64,000 nt of DNA, taken from an uncultured candidatus Porisulfidus sp. Its GTDB lineage: Bacteria > Pseudomonadota > Gammaproteobacteria > Poriferisulfidales > Oxydemutatoraceae. The notes below the pieces were generated by a model. That model ran no database searches. It saw only the letters and a list, made by a program, of their open reading frames with translations, and had not been told where the DNA came from. The stretch spans positions 1,583,942 through 1,647,941 of the forward strand of contig CBDAVG010000002.1 in assembly GCA_965200865.1 (NCBI GenBank), given 5' to 3'. The stretch's first letter is position 1. Each line of letters opens with the position of its first letter. This document shows, piece by piece, positions 18,859 to 30,694 of the stretch. The translations under genes were made by a program, and so were the position numbers.

Positions 18859-20444
18859 ATCAAATCATCCAACTGAGCATAGTAGCTTGCTATATAATCG
18901 TCTAACGATAAATCATCGGTTGTTTCCAGCCGTTCTTGCTCTATTATGCTTTCCTGTGCTATTTTTTCAAACTGCTTCAAGCGTTTCTCATCCATAGTGT
19001 CTTGCATAAAATAATTTTTCTTTTTTATCGCATAGCGTTGCACTAAGTCAACAAAACTTTCTTGGTTTTCTTGCATTTCCTCAAGTAGCAATGCCGAGGG
19101 ACACATTTCAGGGTTCTGAAATTTCTTTATCTGCTCTTGCAACGCTGAACTATATATGGTGGTCGCGCACTGCTCATCCAATAAGCCGCACACCGACTGC
19201 ATTTGTTCGCATAGTTCTATTCCCCATTCTTTTAGCTTTCTATTTTTTCCTAAATCGTTCAACTCTAAATTGGGACGGCGACCTTGATGGGCAACGCTGA
19301 TCTCGTTGCCGTCAATCATTTGCCACTGATTAGTCTCAATCGGCGGGCTGTCGTTAAATAAACAAAAAAGCATCAACGCTTCTATAAAACAAAACTGTTT
19401 TGTCGAGACACCGACATTTTCAAATATATCAACATCAAGCGACCTCAGTTCCACATAGTGAACTCCCTTCTGCTTCAATGCGGCAAGTGGCATGTCGTCG
19501 CCAGTACTTTGAGGTTTGGGGCGCATCGTAGTGTAATATTCATTTTCTATTTGTAGGATATTGGCATTCAACTGCAAATGCTCACCGTCTTTTTTCACCC
19601 CAATACGCCTATAAGGGGCATATTCGGTAGTCACCGCTCGCCATAGACTTAACACATATTGGGCGACATTGTCGTAACACGCTTTGACACCAATTTTAGC
19701 TTCTTGGTTGTTTTGATAACCGATGTCTCCCATGCGCAACGAAGTCGCATAAGGAGCGAACAAGGTGCTATCGTCAAAGTATTCCAGATTGTGCGTATTA
19801 CTCGCTGCAAAGGTTCTGCAAATTGCCGGCGAAGTACCGAACAGATAGGGAATGGTCCATGCCAGACGCAGAAAATTGCGGATTAAACCCATATAATGCT
19901 CAGAGCGGAAATCCTGCATAGACTCGGTGTTGCCTAAATACCGGCCATACCATTCCCAAAATGGCTCACTCAAAGAATAATTGAAATGTACGCCTGAGAT
20001 TACTTGCATAAACCGACCATAGCGATATCCCAAGCCTTTTCTATAAATGGTTTTCATTCTGCCGATATTAGATGAACCATAATAAGCAAGTGGAATATTG
20101 GTATCTCCCCTGACAACACACGGCATGCTTGCACACCATAATAACTCGTCGCCTATATTGGCATACACATAACGGTGTATATCCTCAAGAAATTCTATCG
20201 CTTGTGCCGAGTTGACCTGCGGTGGAGTCACAAATTCCAGCAAAGCCTCGGAAAAATCGGTCGTAATATAAGGATGTGTTAACGCTGAACCCAAAGCCTC
20301 AGGATGCGCAATCCTTGCCAAAGTGCCGTCGGGTGCAACCCGCAAGGATTCTTTTTCTACGCCGACCAAGTGATGTTGCAAAGGCTTGCTTTTCTCGTTA
20401 GCAAGCACACTTATAGTTTTTTCTATTTTGGGGAGCGAAATCAC
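18855..20444 (-). CDS. gshA: Glutamate--cysteine ligase
   Basis: 529 aa, proteobacterial GshA type (VGVEKESLRV..., HFNYSL, MRPK...). Confidence 0.93.
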   Translation of the reverse strand: MISLPKIEKTISVLANEKSKPLQHHLVGVEKESLRVAPDGTLARIAHPEALGSALTHPYITTDFSEALLEFVTPPQVNSAQAIEFLEDIHRYVYANIGDELLWCASMPCVVRGDTNIPLAYYGSSNIGRMKTIYRKGLGYRYGRFMQVISGVHFNYSLSEPFWEWYGRYLGNTESMQDFRSEHYMGLIRNFLRLAWTIPYLFGTSPAICRTFAASNTHNLEYFDDSTLFAPYATSLRMGDIGYQNNQEAKIGVKACYDNVAQYVLSLWRAVTTEYAPYRRIGVKKDGEHLQLNANILQIENEYYTTMRPKPQSTGDDMPLAALKQKGVHYVELRSLDVDIFENVGVSTKQFCFIEALMLFCLFNDSPPIETNQWQMIDGNEISVAHQGRRPNLELNDLGKNRKLKEWGIELCEQMQSVCGLLDEQCATTIYSSALQEQIKKFQNPEMCPSALLLEEMQENQESFVDLVQRYAIKKKNYFMQDTMDEKRLKQFEKIAQESIIEQERLETTDDLSLDDYIASYYAQLDDLI

Positions 20445-20989
20445 AATTCAGAACTTTGCATGAAATTTCTATCAAACAAAGGGCCTGGATCTGTTTTTCG
20501 GCCGGGCGATATGTCGCTATGATAAGTGATACGCGATAGATCTAGCTTAGGATAAGCAACCGTCAAAGCAGACACGATTGAACGAAGACATTCATATTGC
20601 TGCGGTTCGTATGCCTCAGTATCGCAACCTTCGACTTCTATGCCAATAGAAAAATCATTGCAATTCGGTCGTCTTTCAAAGCTTGAACGACCAGCGTGCC
20701 AAGCACGGCGGTGGAATGGAACAAACTGTATTATTTGGCCATCGCGGCGTATTAATAAATGCGCGGATACATGCAGATCTTCCGCTAATTCTAAAGCCCT
20801 AGATTGTTCCGCCGTCATCTGGTTGGTAAATAATTGTTCTATCTCAGAACCTCCGTAGCAACCGGGCGGTAAACTGATGCAGTGAATTACTATAAGTTCA
20901 ATTTCCGTTTTCGGCGGACGAGCATCGTTATTCGGAGAAGGTACATATCGCACACCTTCCAGCAAGTGTCGCGCTAAATCAACTTTCAT
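20441..20989 (-). CDS. ampD: 1,6-anhydro-N-acetylmuramyl-L-alanine amidase
   Basis: 182 aa. Amidase_2 pattern (VIHCISLP...AHLLIRRDG...AWHAG...[11 protein letters not shown]). Confidence 0.9.
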   Translation of the reverse strand: MKVDLARHLLEGVRYVPSPNNDARPPKTEIELIVIHCISLPPGCYGGSEIEQLFTNQMTAEQSRALELAEDLHVSAHLLIRRDGQIIQFVPFHRRAWHAGRSSFERRPNCNDFSIGIEVEGCDTEAYEPQQYECLRSIVSALTVAYPKLDLSRITYHSDISPGRKTDPGPLFDRNFMQSSEL

Positions 20990-21486
20990 TGGTTTTCCAA
21001 AACTGCTAAATAATATCTCAGAATCTCATCATCAAAGCACGCAAAAACAATGTCCATTTCATCCCTGTATTGTTTGCAACTACGCACCGCGATTTGCACT
21101 GCAGAATCTATAGGATAGCCGTAGACACCACAACTGATTGCAGGAAATGCGATGCTATTCAGAGATAGCTCTTGGGCTATGTTCAAAACATTCCGATAGC
21201 AGGCCTCCAATAATTGCGCTTCGTTTGCTCTTCCACCTTTCCATACCGGTCCTACCGTATGTATCACATATCGTGCCGGTAATTGATAGGCTTTGGTCAA
21301 CCGTGCCTCGCCAGTAGGGCATCCTCCCAAAGCTCTACATTGCTCCAGTAATTCGGGACCTGCAGCACGATGTATGGCTCCATCAACACCTCCTCCGCCT
21401 AACAATGTGCTGTTGGCAGCATTGACGATTGCATCAACCTCAAGCCGAGTAATATCTGTTTTAACGGCTCGGAGATCAGGTTTCAT
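20986..21486 (-). CDS. Macro domain protein (O-acetyl-ADP-ribose deacetylase, YmdB-like)
   Basis: 166 aa. [16 protein letters not shown]...[14 protein letters not shown] and [14 protein letters not shown] macro-domain motifs. Confidence 0.9.
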   Translation of the reverse strand: MKPDLRAVKTDITRLEVDAIVNAANSTLLGGGGVDGAIHRAAGPELLEQCRALGGCPTGEARLTKAYQLPARYVIHTVGPVWKGGRANEAQLLEACYRNVLNIAQELSLNSIAFPAISCGVYGYPIDSAVQIAVRSCKQYRDEMDIVFACFDDEILRYYLAVLENQ

Positions 21487-21523
21487 TGCAAGATTTAATC
21501 AAAGTAAGCAGAATGAAAAATTA

Positions 21524-22390
21524 TCAATGCTTAATCAATGTGCCTACGCCACCGTCGGTCAACAACTCAAGCAATACCGCATGGGAAGTGCGTCCGTCTA
21601 TGATATGTGCCGATTCAGCCCCTAGACTGATTGCCCGCAGCGCGCAGGAAACCTTAGGTAGCATCCCGCTGTGTATGGTCTCTTGCTCTATCAGTCGGGA
21701 GATCTCCGAACCAGAGGCTTCAATTATCAATTCGCCTTGGTTGTCAAGCACACCCTCGGTATTCGTCATCAAAATCAGTTTTTCGGCTTTCAGATGTTGA
21801 GCAATACTGCTTGCCACCCAATCTGCGTTGATGTTATAACATTCGCCTTCGCTACTGATTCCTAGAGGAGAAACCACCGGGATATTTGTAGAGTGGCGTA
21901 CGAGTTTGTCAAACTTGGCAGAAATATCACTCACTTCTCCCACCATGCCTAAGTCTACTTTTTCCGGTGTGCCTCCTGTGGTCTCAAGTTTAGTTGCCTT
22001 TATCAGTCCGTCTGCCATGATACTTTGCGCTTCACCTCCGTGCTCTTTTATATATTGAGTGATACCAATGTTGATGGTTCGCAAGGTCATAACGATTATT
22101 CGTATCGCCTCTTTACTGGTGATGCGCAAGCCGTGAATAAATTTACTTTCTATGCCGGCTTCTTTTAGGTCTGCGGAAATAGAAGAACCACCACCGTGAA
22201 CGATTACCGGATGCATGCCGACCGCTTTCAATAATACAATGTCCCTCGCAAAACTATGTTTCAATTTCTCCTCAATCATTGCACTACCGCCGTATTTGAT
22301 AACGATTGCCTTGTTGCGAAATTTTTGTATATAAGGCAATGCCTTGCTTAATATCTTAACTGTGTCTTTGTTACTTAAGTTGTCTGTCAT
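21524..22390 (-). CDS. argB: Acetylglutamate kinase
   Basis: 288 aa. IVIKYGGSAM, VHGGG and NINAD motifs. Confidence 0.94.
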   Translation of the reverse strand: MTDNLSNKDTVKILSKALPYIQKFRNKAIVIKYGGSAMIEEKLKHSFARDIVLLKAVGMHPVIVHGGGSSISADLKEAGIESKFIHGLRITSKEAIRIIVMTLRTINIGITQYIKEHGGEAQSIMADGLIKATKLETTGGTPEKVDLGMVGEVSDISAKFDKLVRHSTNIPVVSPLGISSEGECYNINADWVASSIAQHLKAEKLILMTNTEGVLDNQGELIIEASGSEISRLIEQETIHSGMLPKVSCALRAISLGAESAHIIDGRTSHAVLLELLTDGGVGTLIKH

Positions 22391-22402
22391 CGCTTGAGCT
22401 CG

Positions 22403-23773
22403 TCAAAAGGGTATCTGCAAGGCGGGTTCTACTGATAATAATTGTTTTCTAAAAATATCTTTTATTTCGTTAAGCCGCGTATCACTATTGGCTTCAAAGC
22501 GTACAACCAAACACGGTGTGGTATTAGATGCACGCACTAACCCCCAACCGTCCTCGTAATCAACGCGTACGCCGTCGGTATAATCAAGCTGTGCGCCATC
22601 AAAACAAGCCAGTTTTAGAAAGCGGTCCATAAAGGTATGCTGGTCTCCTTCTTCTTTCAGATGCACGTTTAATTCCGGGGTGGCGATACCTTTAGGAAAC
22701 ACTGCGAACATATCGCTACAAGTTTGGTCACCAGCAGCATAGATCTCTAAGAGACGTGCCGCCGTATATAAAGCATCATCAAAACCGTACCAACGGTCAT
22801 TGAAAAAGATATGCCCACTCATCTCGCCTGCCAAAAGTGCGCCGGTTTGTTTGAGTGTGGACTTGACATACGAATGTCCAGTTCTGCATATTTGAGGTTT
22901 GCCACCGTTTTTTGCTATGACTTCGGGTAAGTGGCTTGAAGATTTAACATCGTAGACTATGCAAGCACCCGGTTGCTGTCGCAATAGATCTTGTGCGTAC
23001 AACATCATCTGAAGATCAGGCCATATAATATTGCCCAATTCGTCTACCACACCTAAACGATCTCCGTCACCGTCAAAAGCAATACCTAGTTCCGAGTGAC
23101 TGGTTTTTACTTCGGCTATCAAATCAACGAGATTTTTCTCGTCGCTAGGGTTAGCATGATGATTAGGAAAATTTCCGTCTATATCGCAATATAAACAATG
23201 CAATTTACATCCCAGGGCCTCAAATAACGCAATGACATAAGGACCTGCAACCCCGTTCCCACAATCTGCAACGAGCCGAACAGGACGCGTGATACGAATA
23301 TCCGATACTACTTTGTTTATATACGGTTCTAGCACGTTGAGCTGCTTATAACTGCCTTGCCCTTTTCTGAAACGCCCTTTGACTACATCACGATATAGAG
23401 CCTGAACCTCGTCACCTGCCAGTGTATGACCAGCAACCATCATTTTTATCCCGTTATAATTCGCAGGGTTATGGCTGCCGGTTATCATCAAACCGCAACC
23501 TTCTCCGTATTCATGGGCAGCAAAATAAAGTACTGGTGTAGGTACTTCTCCCACATCTGTTACCTGTACACCTGCCGATTGTAAACCGTCCGATAATGCA
23601 GTAGCAAAACAAGGGCTTGATAATCTTCCGTCACGTCCCACTATAAAGCGCGATACATCGGAATAACGCGTCGCTATCGCACGACCTATATCATAGACCA
23701 GATTCTCATCTAAACCCTCATCCACTATACCGCGCACATCGTATGCGCGAAAAACACGTTGATCTACCGGCAT
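22403..23773 (-). CDS. algC: Phosphomannomutase / phosphoglucomutase
   Basis: 456 aa. Active-site TGSHNP, FDGDGDR metal loop and GEMSGH sugar-binding loop. Confidence 0.92.
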   Translation of the reverse strand: MPVDQRVFRAYDVRGIVDEGLDENLVYDIGRAIATRYSDVSRFIVGRDGRLSSPCFATALSDGLQSAGVQVTDVGEVPTPVLYFAAHEYGEGCGLMITGSHNPANYNGIKMMVAGHTLAGDEVQALYRDVVKGRFRKGQGSYKQLNVLEPYINKVVSDIRITRPVRLVADCGNGVAGPYVIALFEALGCKLHCLYCDIDGNFPNHHANPSDEKNLVDLIAEVKTSHSELGIAFDGDGDRLGVVDELGNIIWPDLQMMLYAQDLLRQQPGACIVYDVKSSSHLPEVIAKNGGKPQICRTGHSYVKSTLKQTGALLAGEMSGHIFFNDRWYGFDDALYTAARLLEIYAAGDQTCSDMFAVFPKGIATPELNVHLKEEGDQHTFMDRFLKLACFDGAQLDYTDGVRVDYEDGWGLVRASNTTPCLVVRFEANSDTRLNEIKDIFRKQLLSVEPALQIPF

Positions 23774-23775
23774 CG

Positions 23776-24234
23776 TTAATTCTTGCCTGAGTGTCCAAAC
23801 CCTTTGTCGCTACGCAGGCTTTGCTCAAAAGACTCTACCCTCTCGAAATCAACCTGAACCGTAGGCACAAAAACAAGCTGTGCGATGCGATCTCCGGGAT
23901 TGATGCTAAAGCAATCGGCACCGCGATTCCAACAAGAAATATAAATTTCTCCTTGGTAGTCGGAGTCTATTAAACCAACAAGGTTACCCAACACGATGCC
24001 GTGTTTGTGTCCTAAACCGGAGCGAGGCAATACGACTGCAGCGAGCGACTGGTCTGCTATATGAATGGCGATACCGCTCGATATCAATTCCACCTGCCCA
24101 GGCTTAAGTTCAAGTACATCGTCTAAGCAGGCGCGTAGATCCACACCTGCCGAGCCTGAAGTCGCATACTCCGGAATCGGGTATTGACTACCTATACGCG
24201 AATCTATGACTTTAAGCTGTATGCGTTTTTTCAT
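23776..24234 (-). CDS. dut: dUTP diphosphatase
   Basis: Start taken at MKKRIQLKV (ATG 24234), giving 152 aa. AGVDLRA, RSGLG and [10 protein letters not shown] motifs. Overlaps the coaBC stop by 23 nt. Confidence 0.94.
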   Translation of the reverse strand: MKKRIQLKVIDSRIGSQYPIPEYATSGSAGVDLRACLDDVLELKPGQVELISSGIAIHIADQSLAAVVLPRSGLGHKHGIVLGNLVGLIDSDYQGEIYISCWNRGADCFSINPGDRIAQLVFVPTVQVDFERVESFEQSLRSDKGFGHSGKN

Positions 24235-25456
24235 AAGCTCGCGTATGTTCGTAATAATCAATAATATGCTTGATGAGGGATTTCCCTAGATTGATCTTTG
24301 AATCTGGGCCAAGTTCTACCTTAGCGTTGCGCTTATATACGATTACTTTGTTATTGGGCGTGTCAAAACCGTAGGGATAATTCGTGCCGACTTTGTTGGC
24401 AACAATCATATCCAAACCTTTGGCAAGCAATTTTTTCTTGGCATTGCGTTCAAGGTCTGAGGTTTCGGCAGCAAAGCCGACCAAAAAGGGGTGCGGCTGC
24501 ATCGCTCCGACCGTTGCCAAAATGTCCGGTGTTTGAACCAACTGCAAACGCATCGCTTGCTCATCTCGCTTGATTTTATGGTTGGAGATTTGTTGCACTT
24601 GATAATCGGCAACTGCGGCACAAGCAATAAAAATATGGGCATCTTGCACAACCCGAAGTATTGTTTGCAACATATCTTCGGCGGATGATACATCGTATCT
24701 TGTAACCCGATTCGGTGTCGTCAACGAGACTGGGCCGGCAATTAAATGCACATCGGCTCCCGATTCGACGGCAGCAGCGGCTAATGCAAAACCCATACGA
24801 CCCGAACTTCGGTTGGTGATATAGCGCACCGGATCTATCATCTCGTGCGTAGGTCCTGCAGTAATAACCACTTTATATCGGCTTAAGGTTTTATTGGAAC
24901 CCAACAATTTAATGACGCGATCAACCAACTCCAATGGCTCCAACATACGTCCTTCACCTTCATCGCCGCACGCCTGCTCGCCACTGTCTGGTCCCCAAAT
25001 CGTAATACCGAAACCGCGTATCTTTTCAACATTGGCTTGCACTGCCGAATGTAACCACATCTGTTTGTTCATTGCCGGGGCAAGTATTAACTTGTTATCA
25101 GAGGCAATACACACCGTGGATAATAAATCGTCGGCGATTCCGTGCGCCAGTTTGGCAATGAAATTAGCCGTAGCCGGGGCAATCATAATCAAGTCCGCCC
25201 AACGAGCCAAGTCTATATGCTTCATTCCGGCTCCTTCAGCCCCAATGAATTGCTGCGATTCAACTGGATGTCCGGACAATGCCTGCAATGTCAAATTTGT
25301 TATAAAAGCCTGCGCCGAGGATGTAGTGATTACGCGAACCTCTGCACCTTGCCCGCGCAACTCACGTACCAAATAGGCACTTTTATACGCCGCGATGCTA
25401 CCGCAAACGCCTAGTAATACTCGTTTCCCGTCTAAGTCTCGCTTATCCGATTGCAT
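24212..25456 (-). CDS. coaBC: Bifunctional phosphopantothenoylcysteine decarboxylase / synthetase
   Basis: 414 aa. N-terminal flavoprotein domain ([10 protein letters not shown]) and C-terminal DFP domain (ITAGPT...NRSSGRMG). Confidence 0.94.
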   Translation of the reverse strand: MQSDKRDLDGKRVLLGVCGSIAAYKSAYLVRELRGQGAEVRVITTSSAQAFITNLTLQALSGHPVESQQFIGAEGAGMKHIDLARWADLIMIAPATANFIAKLAHGIADDLLSTVCIASDNKLILAPAMNKQMWLHSAVQANVEKIRGFGITIWGPDSGEQACGDEGEGRMLEPLELVDRVIKLLGSNKTLSRYKVVITAGPTHEMIDPVRYITNRSSGRMGFALAAAAVESGADVHLIAGPVSLTTPNRVTRYDVSSAEDMLQTILRVVQDAHIFIACAAVADYQVQQISNHKIKRDEQAMRLQLVQTPDILATVGAMQPHPFLVGFAAETSDLERNAKKKLLAKGLDMIVANKVGTNYPYGFDTPNNKVIVYKRNAKVELGPDSKINLGKSLIKHIIDYYEHTRAYEKTHTA

Positions 25457-25490
25457 AATCTTTTCTTATGTTTTTGATTTTAACCGTAAA

Positions 25491-27437
25491 TTAAAAAGGT
25501 AATTTTAGCTTATCCTTCAACCCTTCCAATAGATTACCTTTGATTTTATCTTTTATCTTTTGTTCAACCTCATCTATTTTTTCTTCCACCTTTTCCTTAA
25601 CTCCGCTTTTATTCAATAATCCGTCCTTGATTAGACTGCTCAAGTCGGGCTTATATTGCGGAGACTCCAAATCACCCGAAATATGTATAGGTATTTGTAG
25701 ACGCTTAGCAGACTTCAACTGGGTATATAGCATATAGTCAATCGTTGAATTGACTAGGTTCACTTGCCCCGATCCTTTTACATTGAGTAAAGGCATTTGC
25801 ATTGCGAGGTCATCGTTTTTCGCAATACCTTTGTTCAATAATATGCTTGCTTTCATCTCGTCAAAGATTAATTCTTCACCAACAGCGCGACGGCTGCGAC
25901 CTTCAAACAAAGCCACTATCCTTTCAACGATTGCCGCAAGCGACTGGTCTTGCAATGCCCCTTCGGTAATACGCACATCTGCCTTGCCGCTAGATGTTGC
26001 CAGCATTTGATCATAATCGCCTAGAGTTCCTGTTAAAGCCAGCTTGATCTGTGCTTGTCCACGTACGGTTGCTGAGCGGTCGGCACTCAATGCTGATTGT
26101 ATTTTATCTATAGGAACTTGGTTGGCAGATAATCTCATTTGATAGCTATTGGATGCCGGATTCAACTCAGCATTTCCAGAAATTCGGCCTTGATGGAAAT
26201 CGGCTCGTTGCAAATTCAATAATATCCGATCTCCGACCATAGAACTTGTCAACAAAATTTGTTTTAGTTGTAAAGCATCATAATTGAGTGTTGGAACCGC
26301 AATATCAACCTTGGGATTTTCGTATAAATTGCTAAAATTGCTACCTCCCTCCACCTGCATATCACCGTACGAAATCTTGAATCTGTCAACAACAAAGTCA
26401 CCTTTCAATAATGCTTTATTGCTCTCGGCAGTGAGTTGTAGACTCAAACCTTCGTCCAAACCTTCCACCTGTGCCAGTGTGTTTAGATTGTTGAGTTGTA
26501 TAACTGCTGCTGTCTGGTCGGGCAACAATTCGGCTGTAACTTTAAGGCTTGCAGCCAATGCTTTGATATCTTGCGACAATCCGTCGGCACGCGCATCTAA
26601 TGCAATAGGAATCGCTTTATCGGCTAATAGGGCACCGCCTCTCAATTCAAAACCGTCTACTTTGCCATTGACACGAGCAACCAAAGGTGTATCGGATTGC
26701 GTTAATTCCATTTGAACATCCACATCGCCAATTTTTACATCGCCAGTAGATAAATCCGGTAGTACCTCAGTATCCAGTACCACTTGAGCATTTAGACCCT
26801 CTAGACCTCCTGACAACGAATCAACATTTGCGTTTAAGGAAATCGGAGTAGGTTTGTCCAACGATAAAGCACCACTGTTAAAATTCAGATTATCAACCAC
26901 TATGCGTGTATCGTTTAGGCGGTCATCCCAAAGTATGTAGCCGTCTTGTAACACAACACCACCGAAGCTGGTCAATGCTATCGCTTGGGAAGCACCAGTT
27001 GCCGTATCACCGTTTGTTTTTTGATTCTCCCCGACAAGCAGTTTTAGGTCGTCAAAATTGAGTTGACCTTCGGCATTCCTCACAACATTCGCTTTGATCC
27101 CTGTGAGGACGATGCCGTCTACCTGTGCTTCCTGCCTCAACAAAGGTAATAATTTCAACCCTAATTGTATTTCTTGTGCTTCTAAAAAAGGTGCGTTACC
27201 AAAAGCGGGGCTTTCTCCGATTTGTAGCCCAGTTGCCGCAATACCCAAGGATGGGAATAGGCTCAAGTTTAGAGTCTCGAGTTCAACCGAACGTTTACTA
27301 TGTTTTTCAACATAGGAAATAAATTGATCCTTGTAGTCGTTTGCATCAAAGTAATACGCAAAAATAGTACCGAGTGCGACAACCAGTATTATTCCAAACA
27401 ACAGAAATAGGAATATTCCCTTTATTAGTTTAAGCAT
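25491..27437 (-). CDS. AsmA family outer-membrane biogenesis protein
   Basis: 648 aa. Single N-terminal TM helix, a long beta-rich repetitive body and a Lys-rich tail. Overall pattern matches the AsmA family. Confidence 0.75.
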   Translation of the reverse strand: MLKLIKGIFLFLLFGIILVVALGTIFAYYFDANDYKDQFISYVEKHSKRSVELETLNLSLFPSLGIAATGLQIGESPAFGNAPFLEAQEIQLGLKLLPLLRQEAQVDGIVLTGIKANVVRNAEGQLNFDDLKLLVGENQKTNGDTATGASQAIALTSFGGVVLQDGYILWDDRLNDTRIVVDNLNFNSGALSLDKPTPISLNANVDSLSGGLEGLNAQVVLDTEVLPDLSTGDVKIGDVDVQMELTQSDTPLVARVNGKVDGFELRGGALLADKAIPIALDARADGLSQDIKALAASLKVTAELLPDQTAAVIQLNNLNTLAQVEGLDEGLSLQLTAESNKALLKGDFVVDRFKISYGDMQVEGGSNFSNLYENPKVDIAVPTLNYDALQLKQILLTSSMVGDRILLNLQRADFHQGRISGNAELNPASNSYQMRLSANQVPIDKIQSALSADRSATVRGQAQIKLALTGTLGDYDQMLATSSGKADVRITEGALQDQSLAAIVERIVALFEGRSRRAVGEELIFDEMKASILLNKGIAKNDDLAMQMPLLNVKGSGQVNLVNSTIDYMLYTQLKSAKRLQIPIHISGDLESPQYKPDLSSLIKDGLLNKSGVKEKVEEKIDEVEQKIKDKIKGNLLEGLKDKLKLPF

Positions 27438-27915
27438 TCTCTTGACGACGCCAGATTCCCGAACGTCCCCCGGATTTTTCTAGTAGGCAAACATCACTGA
27501 TGACCATCCCTCTATCCATTGCTTTACACATATCGTAAATAGTCAGTAGTGCAATTTGAACCGCAGTAATCGCCTCCATCTCTACACCGGTTTTTGCATA
27601 AACCTCGACACGACTCCGACAAATGATGGCAGGCGCATCTTGCTTAGGTTCAAAACTAAGATCTATAGAAGAAAGACCAATCGGGTGACACAACGGTATC
27701 AGTTCGGCAGTGCGTTTAGCCGCCATGATACCGGCAAGCCGAGCAACGCCCAACACATCGCCTTTGGCGGATTCTCCAGCTAATATCGTTTGCAAAGTTT
27801 GCTCTTTCAGCAAAATGCGTCCTTCGGCAATTGCCACCCTATGGGTGACAGCTTTATCGCCGACATCAACCATTCTTGCATTGCCTTGTTTATCAAAGTG
27901 CGTTAATTCAGACAT
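27430..27915 (-). CDS. moaC: Cyclic pyranopterin monophosphate synthase
   Basis: 161 aa. LTHFD..G.ARMVDV..K and [17 protein letters not shown]...LIPLCH motifs. Confidence 0.94.
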   Translation of the reverse strand: MSELTHFDKQGNARMVDVGDKAVTHRVAIAEGRILLKEQTLQTILAGESAKGDVLGVARLAGIMAAKRTAELIPLCHPIGLSSIDLSFEPKQDAPAIICRSRVEVYAKTGVEMEAITAVQIALLTIYDMCKAMDRGMVISDVCLLEKSGGRSGIWRRQENA

Positions 27916-27975
27916 CTCTTTTTTAGTTTCACGCGGTAAAATAATTCGGTTGAGGTATCAAAATAAGAGTATAGC

Positions 27976-28203
27976 ATGATAAAAGTTAGATATTTTGCGT
28001 CGTTGCGCGAACAAATAGGGCGAGACCTAGATATTATAGAAGATATAGACGGAATATCGTCGGTGAGAGAACTAAGGAAAAGTTTATCAAGCATGTTGCC
28101 AGCGCAGACTTTATGCGCGGTCAACTACGAGTATGCCAACGATGATACGCCGATTAAGGACGGCGACGAAGTTGCTTTTTTCCCACCAGTTACAGGCGGG
28201 TAA
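27976..28203 (+). CDS. moaD: Molybdopterin synthase sulfur-carrier subunit
   Basis: 75 aa with a ThiS/MoaD fold pattern, ending FFPPVTGG (C-terminal Gly-Gly). Divergent from moaC. Confidence 0.88.
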   Translation: MIKVRYFASLREQIGRDLDIIEDIDGISSVRELRKSLSSMLPAQTLCAVNYEYANDDTPIKDGDEVAFFPPVTGG

Positions 28204-28209
28204 GAGGAA

Positions 28210-29562
28210 TTATCGCAACACCAAAAACATTGAATAGCTGCCGCGTAGTATTTTCAACAACAAAGGTTTATCTTCGTCTATTAAAGACTCAAAATCATCG
28301 AAATCTCTCACAATTCGACGGTTTGTTGCGACGATAATATCACCTTGTCGCAAACCACTGCGTTGCGCAGCACTACCACCTTTGACTTCCTTGATCTCTA
28401 TGCCGGGTTTTTCCGAATTATCGCTCTCCGACAAAACAGCACCCGAGAGACGTTTATCATAACGATCTCCATCCGCACTCGCTATTTTTCTAGCAGTGAT
28501 ATAAGCGGTTATTTCAAGTTCATCATCATCTCTGAGGACTTCTAATACGACTTTGGATCCCATGCGAAGCAACCCTATATAGTTTCTTATGTCGGCACTA
28601 TCCTCAATTTCTTTACCATTGACCGATAAGATGATATCACCTGGTTCAATGCCCGATTTTTCAGCCGAAGAACCAGGCTCAACTTCAGTAATAACTACGC
28701 CTTTTTCTTGATCTAGACCAAAGGCATCGGCTAAATCTTGAGTGATTGTTTGGACGACGACACCCAAACGACCCCGCTTAACTTCACCGTGTTCAATCAA
28801 TTGTTCGGTGATATTCATTGCCATATTAACCGGTATCGCAAAACCTATGCCGACATTTCGACTGGCTCCTAAAATAGCCGTGTTAATTCCTATCAAGCGA
28901 CCTTCCAGATCAACCAAAGCACCGCCCGAATTGCCGGGGTTGATCGACGCGTCGGTTTGTATAAAGTCTTCGTACGACTCTATCCCCAAGCCGCTACGCC
29001 CTAGTGCACTGACGATGCCTAAGGTCACAGTATGCGCGAGTTGAAAAGGATTACCAATAGCGACGGCAAAATCGCCTACTTTAATCGCTTCCGAATCACC
29101 TATCGATATCTCTACTAGATCTTCGGCATCTATTTCTATCACTGCGATATCAGCTTCTTCGTCAATACCGACTATTTGGGCCGTATAACGTCTGTCGTTG
29201 TCTAAGGTTACGTAGATATTGTCGGCTGCTTTGACTACATGCGCGTTGGTAATGATATAGCCTTCTTCGGCATTGATAATAACGCCCGAACCTGCTCCGC
29301 TACGCCGACGTTCCTGTTTTTGTCCTTCTTCAAATCCAGGAAAGTCAAAAAAACGTCTGAAAAACGGGTCGCTGGAAAAAGGGTGCGGGCGACGATAAAT
29401 TTCTATGACTTCCTCGGTTGCAATATTAACCACTGCCGGCATAGTTCTCTCCAGCATAGGTGCTAAAGTCGGCAGTGCTCCTGCCGATGTTGCAGCATAG
29501 AGCGACATGGTGGCAGAGAATAATGCAAATGCGGCAAATAGAGTAATAAAAGTTTTTTTCAT
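28210..29562 (-). CDS. Periplasmic serine endoprotease, DegP/DegQ (HtrA) family
   Basis: 450 aa. Signal peptide, trypsin-like domain with TNAHV...D...GNSGGAL and two PDZ-like segments. Confidence 0.93.
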   Translation of the reverse strand: MKKTFITLFAAFALFSATMSLYAATSAGALPTLAPMLERTMPAVVNIATEEVIEIYRRPHPFSSDPFFRRFFDFPGFEEGQKQERRRSGAGSGVIINAEEGYIITNAHVVKAADNIYVTLDNDRRYTAQIVGIDEEADIAVIEIDAEDLVEISIGDSEAIKVGDFAVAIGNPFQLAHTVTLGIVSALGRSGLGIESYEDFIQTDASINPGNSGGALVDLEGRLIGINTAILGASRNVGIGFAIPVNMAMNITEQLIEHGEVKRGRLGVVVQTITQDLADAFGLDQEKGVVITEVEPGSSAEKSGIEPGDIILSVNGKEIEDSADIRNYIGLLRMGSKVVLEVLRDDDELEITAYITARKIASADGDRYDKRLSGAVLSESDNSEKPGIEIKEVKGGSAAQRSGLRQGDIIVATNRRIVRDFDDFESLIDEDKPLLLKILRGSYSMFLVLR

Positions 29563-29635
29563 CGGAGGTTCCCAATAGATAATAATAATCCGCGAGCGTG
29601 CTAAACACGCTTGCGGGGTTACGGTGTAGAACAGT

Positions 29636-30070
29636 TTAGTTTACGGCCACCGATATTTTTTTAGGTTGCACCGATTCCTTTTTTGCTACCGAAATCTTTA
29701 GCACACCGTTCTCGTGCTTAGCTGCAACAGTCTGGGTATCGGCAGTCGAAGGCAATGTAAAGCGTCTTTGATAACTACCCGAATGACGTTCGGTATGTAT
29801 ATATTGCTCTTTACTATCACTCACTTCGGATGAATGTTTTGCCGATATCACAAGGCTGTTGTCTTCTACATGCACATCGATATCGTCGGCTTTTATTCCG
29901 GGCAAATCGGCATAAAAAGTCCAACCCGTGTCGCTTTCTTTAACATCTACTGCTGGTATTAACCATTTGCTAAAATCTTCGCCGCTGCCTTTTTCAGGAG
30001 GCCAGGCTAACAATTTTTCAAACGGACCGAACAGTCGATCAAAGTTTGACAATACTAGTGAATTATTCAT
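29636..30070 (-). CDS. Small heat-shock protein (Hsp20 / alpha-crystallin family)
   Basis: 144 aa. Alpha-crystallin core (AVDVKE...ADLPGIKADDIDV...LVISA...F.RRF.LP...NGVL.I). Confidence 0.9.
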   Translation of the reverse strand: MNNSLVLSNFDRLFGPFEKLLAWPPEKGSGEDFSKWLIPAVDVKESDTGWTFYADLPGIKADDIDVHVEDNSLVISAKHSSEVSDSKEQYIHTERHSGSYQRRFTLPSTADTQTVAAKHENGVLKISVAKKESVQPKKISVAVN

Positions 30071-30108
30071 TTTCTATACTCCATAGTTGTGTTAATCGGA
30101 TATTTATA

Positions 30109-30136
30109 ATATAGAGACGCAATATTGATTTTCAAG
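30109..30136 (-). promoter_or_regulatory. Candidate sigma32 heat-shock promoter for the Hsp20 gene
   Basis: The minus strand reads CTTGAAA (30136-30130), a 13-nt spacer, then CTCTATAT (30116-30109). Consensus is CTTGAAA-N13-14-CCCCATNT. The site is ~39 nt upstream of the Hsp20 ATG. Confidence 0.4.
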
Positions 30137-30142
30137 TAACAA

Positions 30143-30625
30143 TTAAACAGCTTCAAAACGACCTTTGTCTCTATTTTTGCGCACCTTATCGGCAGTAAAG
30201 ATTTCTCCGTTCATCGCAATATAAACACCCGACTTCAATAATTGAACCGCAGCCAATGCAAAACCAGTATTGAATTCTGCATCACTATTTTTGAAGCGGG
30301 CAGGTTGCATAGCACCAGTTAAGACAATCGTTTTCCCATCAATGCCTTGCAAGGCGCGCGCAGTTTCTACCATCGTATCAGTACCGTGTATAACGATGAA
30401 ATGTATGTTTGAGTCTTTTGCTATACGCTCACGCAAAACGACACGATCGGCATCGTTAAGGTCTAGACTATCTTTGCTTATGATCGCTTCAACTTGATAA
30501 TCAAGTGCCACTCTCGCTTGCTCCAATATGGAAGACACTTGAGGGTCGCCGATATGATAATCACTCAACGCATCGTAATATACCTTGTCGAAGGTGCCGC
30601 CTGTGGCAAGAAATATAATTTTCAT
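30143..30625 (-). CDS. Short asparaginase-family protein (N-terminal asparaginase domain only)
   Basis: 160 aa. FLATGGTFDK and VIHGTDTM motifs of the L-asparaginase/GatD N-domain. No C-terminal domain. Confidence 0.7.
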   Translation of the reverse strand: MKIIFLATGGTFDKVYYDALSDYHIGDPQVSSILEQARVALDYQVEAIISKDSLDLNDADRVVLRERIAKDSNIHFIVIHGTDTMVETARALQGIDGKTIVLTGAMQPARFKNSDAEFNTGFALAAVQLLKSGVYIAMNGEIFTADKVRKNRDKGRFEAV

Positions 30626-30694
30626 CTAGATATAATCTCAGTCATCGTTTGTTCATCGGTAAATAATGGTTGCTTTCTGATATTATTATAGAAG

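Noticed and set aside
27916-28209. moaD stands alone, divergent from moaC with no moaE following; considered as a disrupted molybdopterin operon.
   Set aside because: moa genes are often dispersed and moaE or moaA may lie elsewhere. Nothing in the sequence indicates decay, since both ORFs are intact and MoaD keeps its C-terminal GG.
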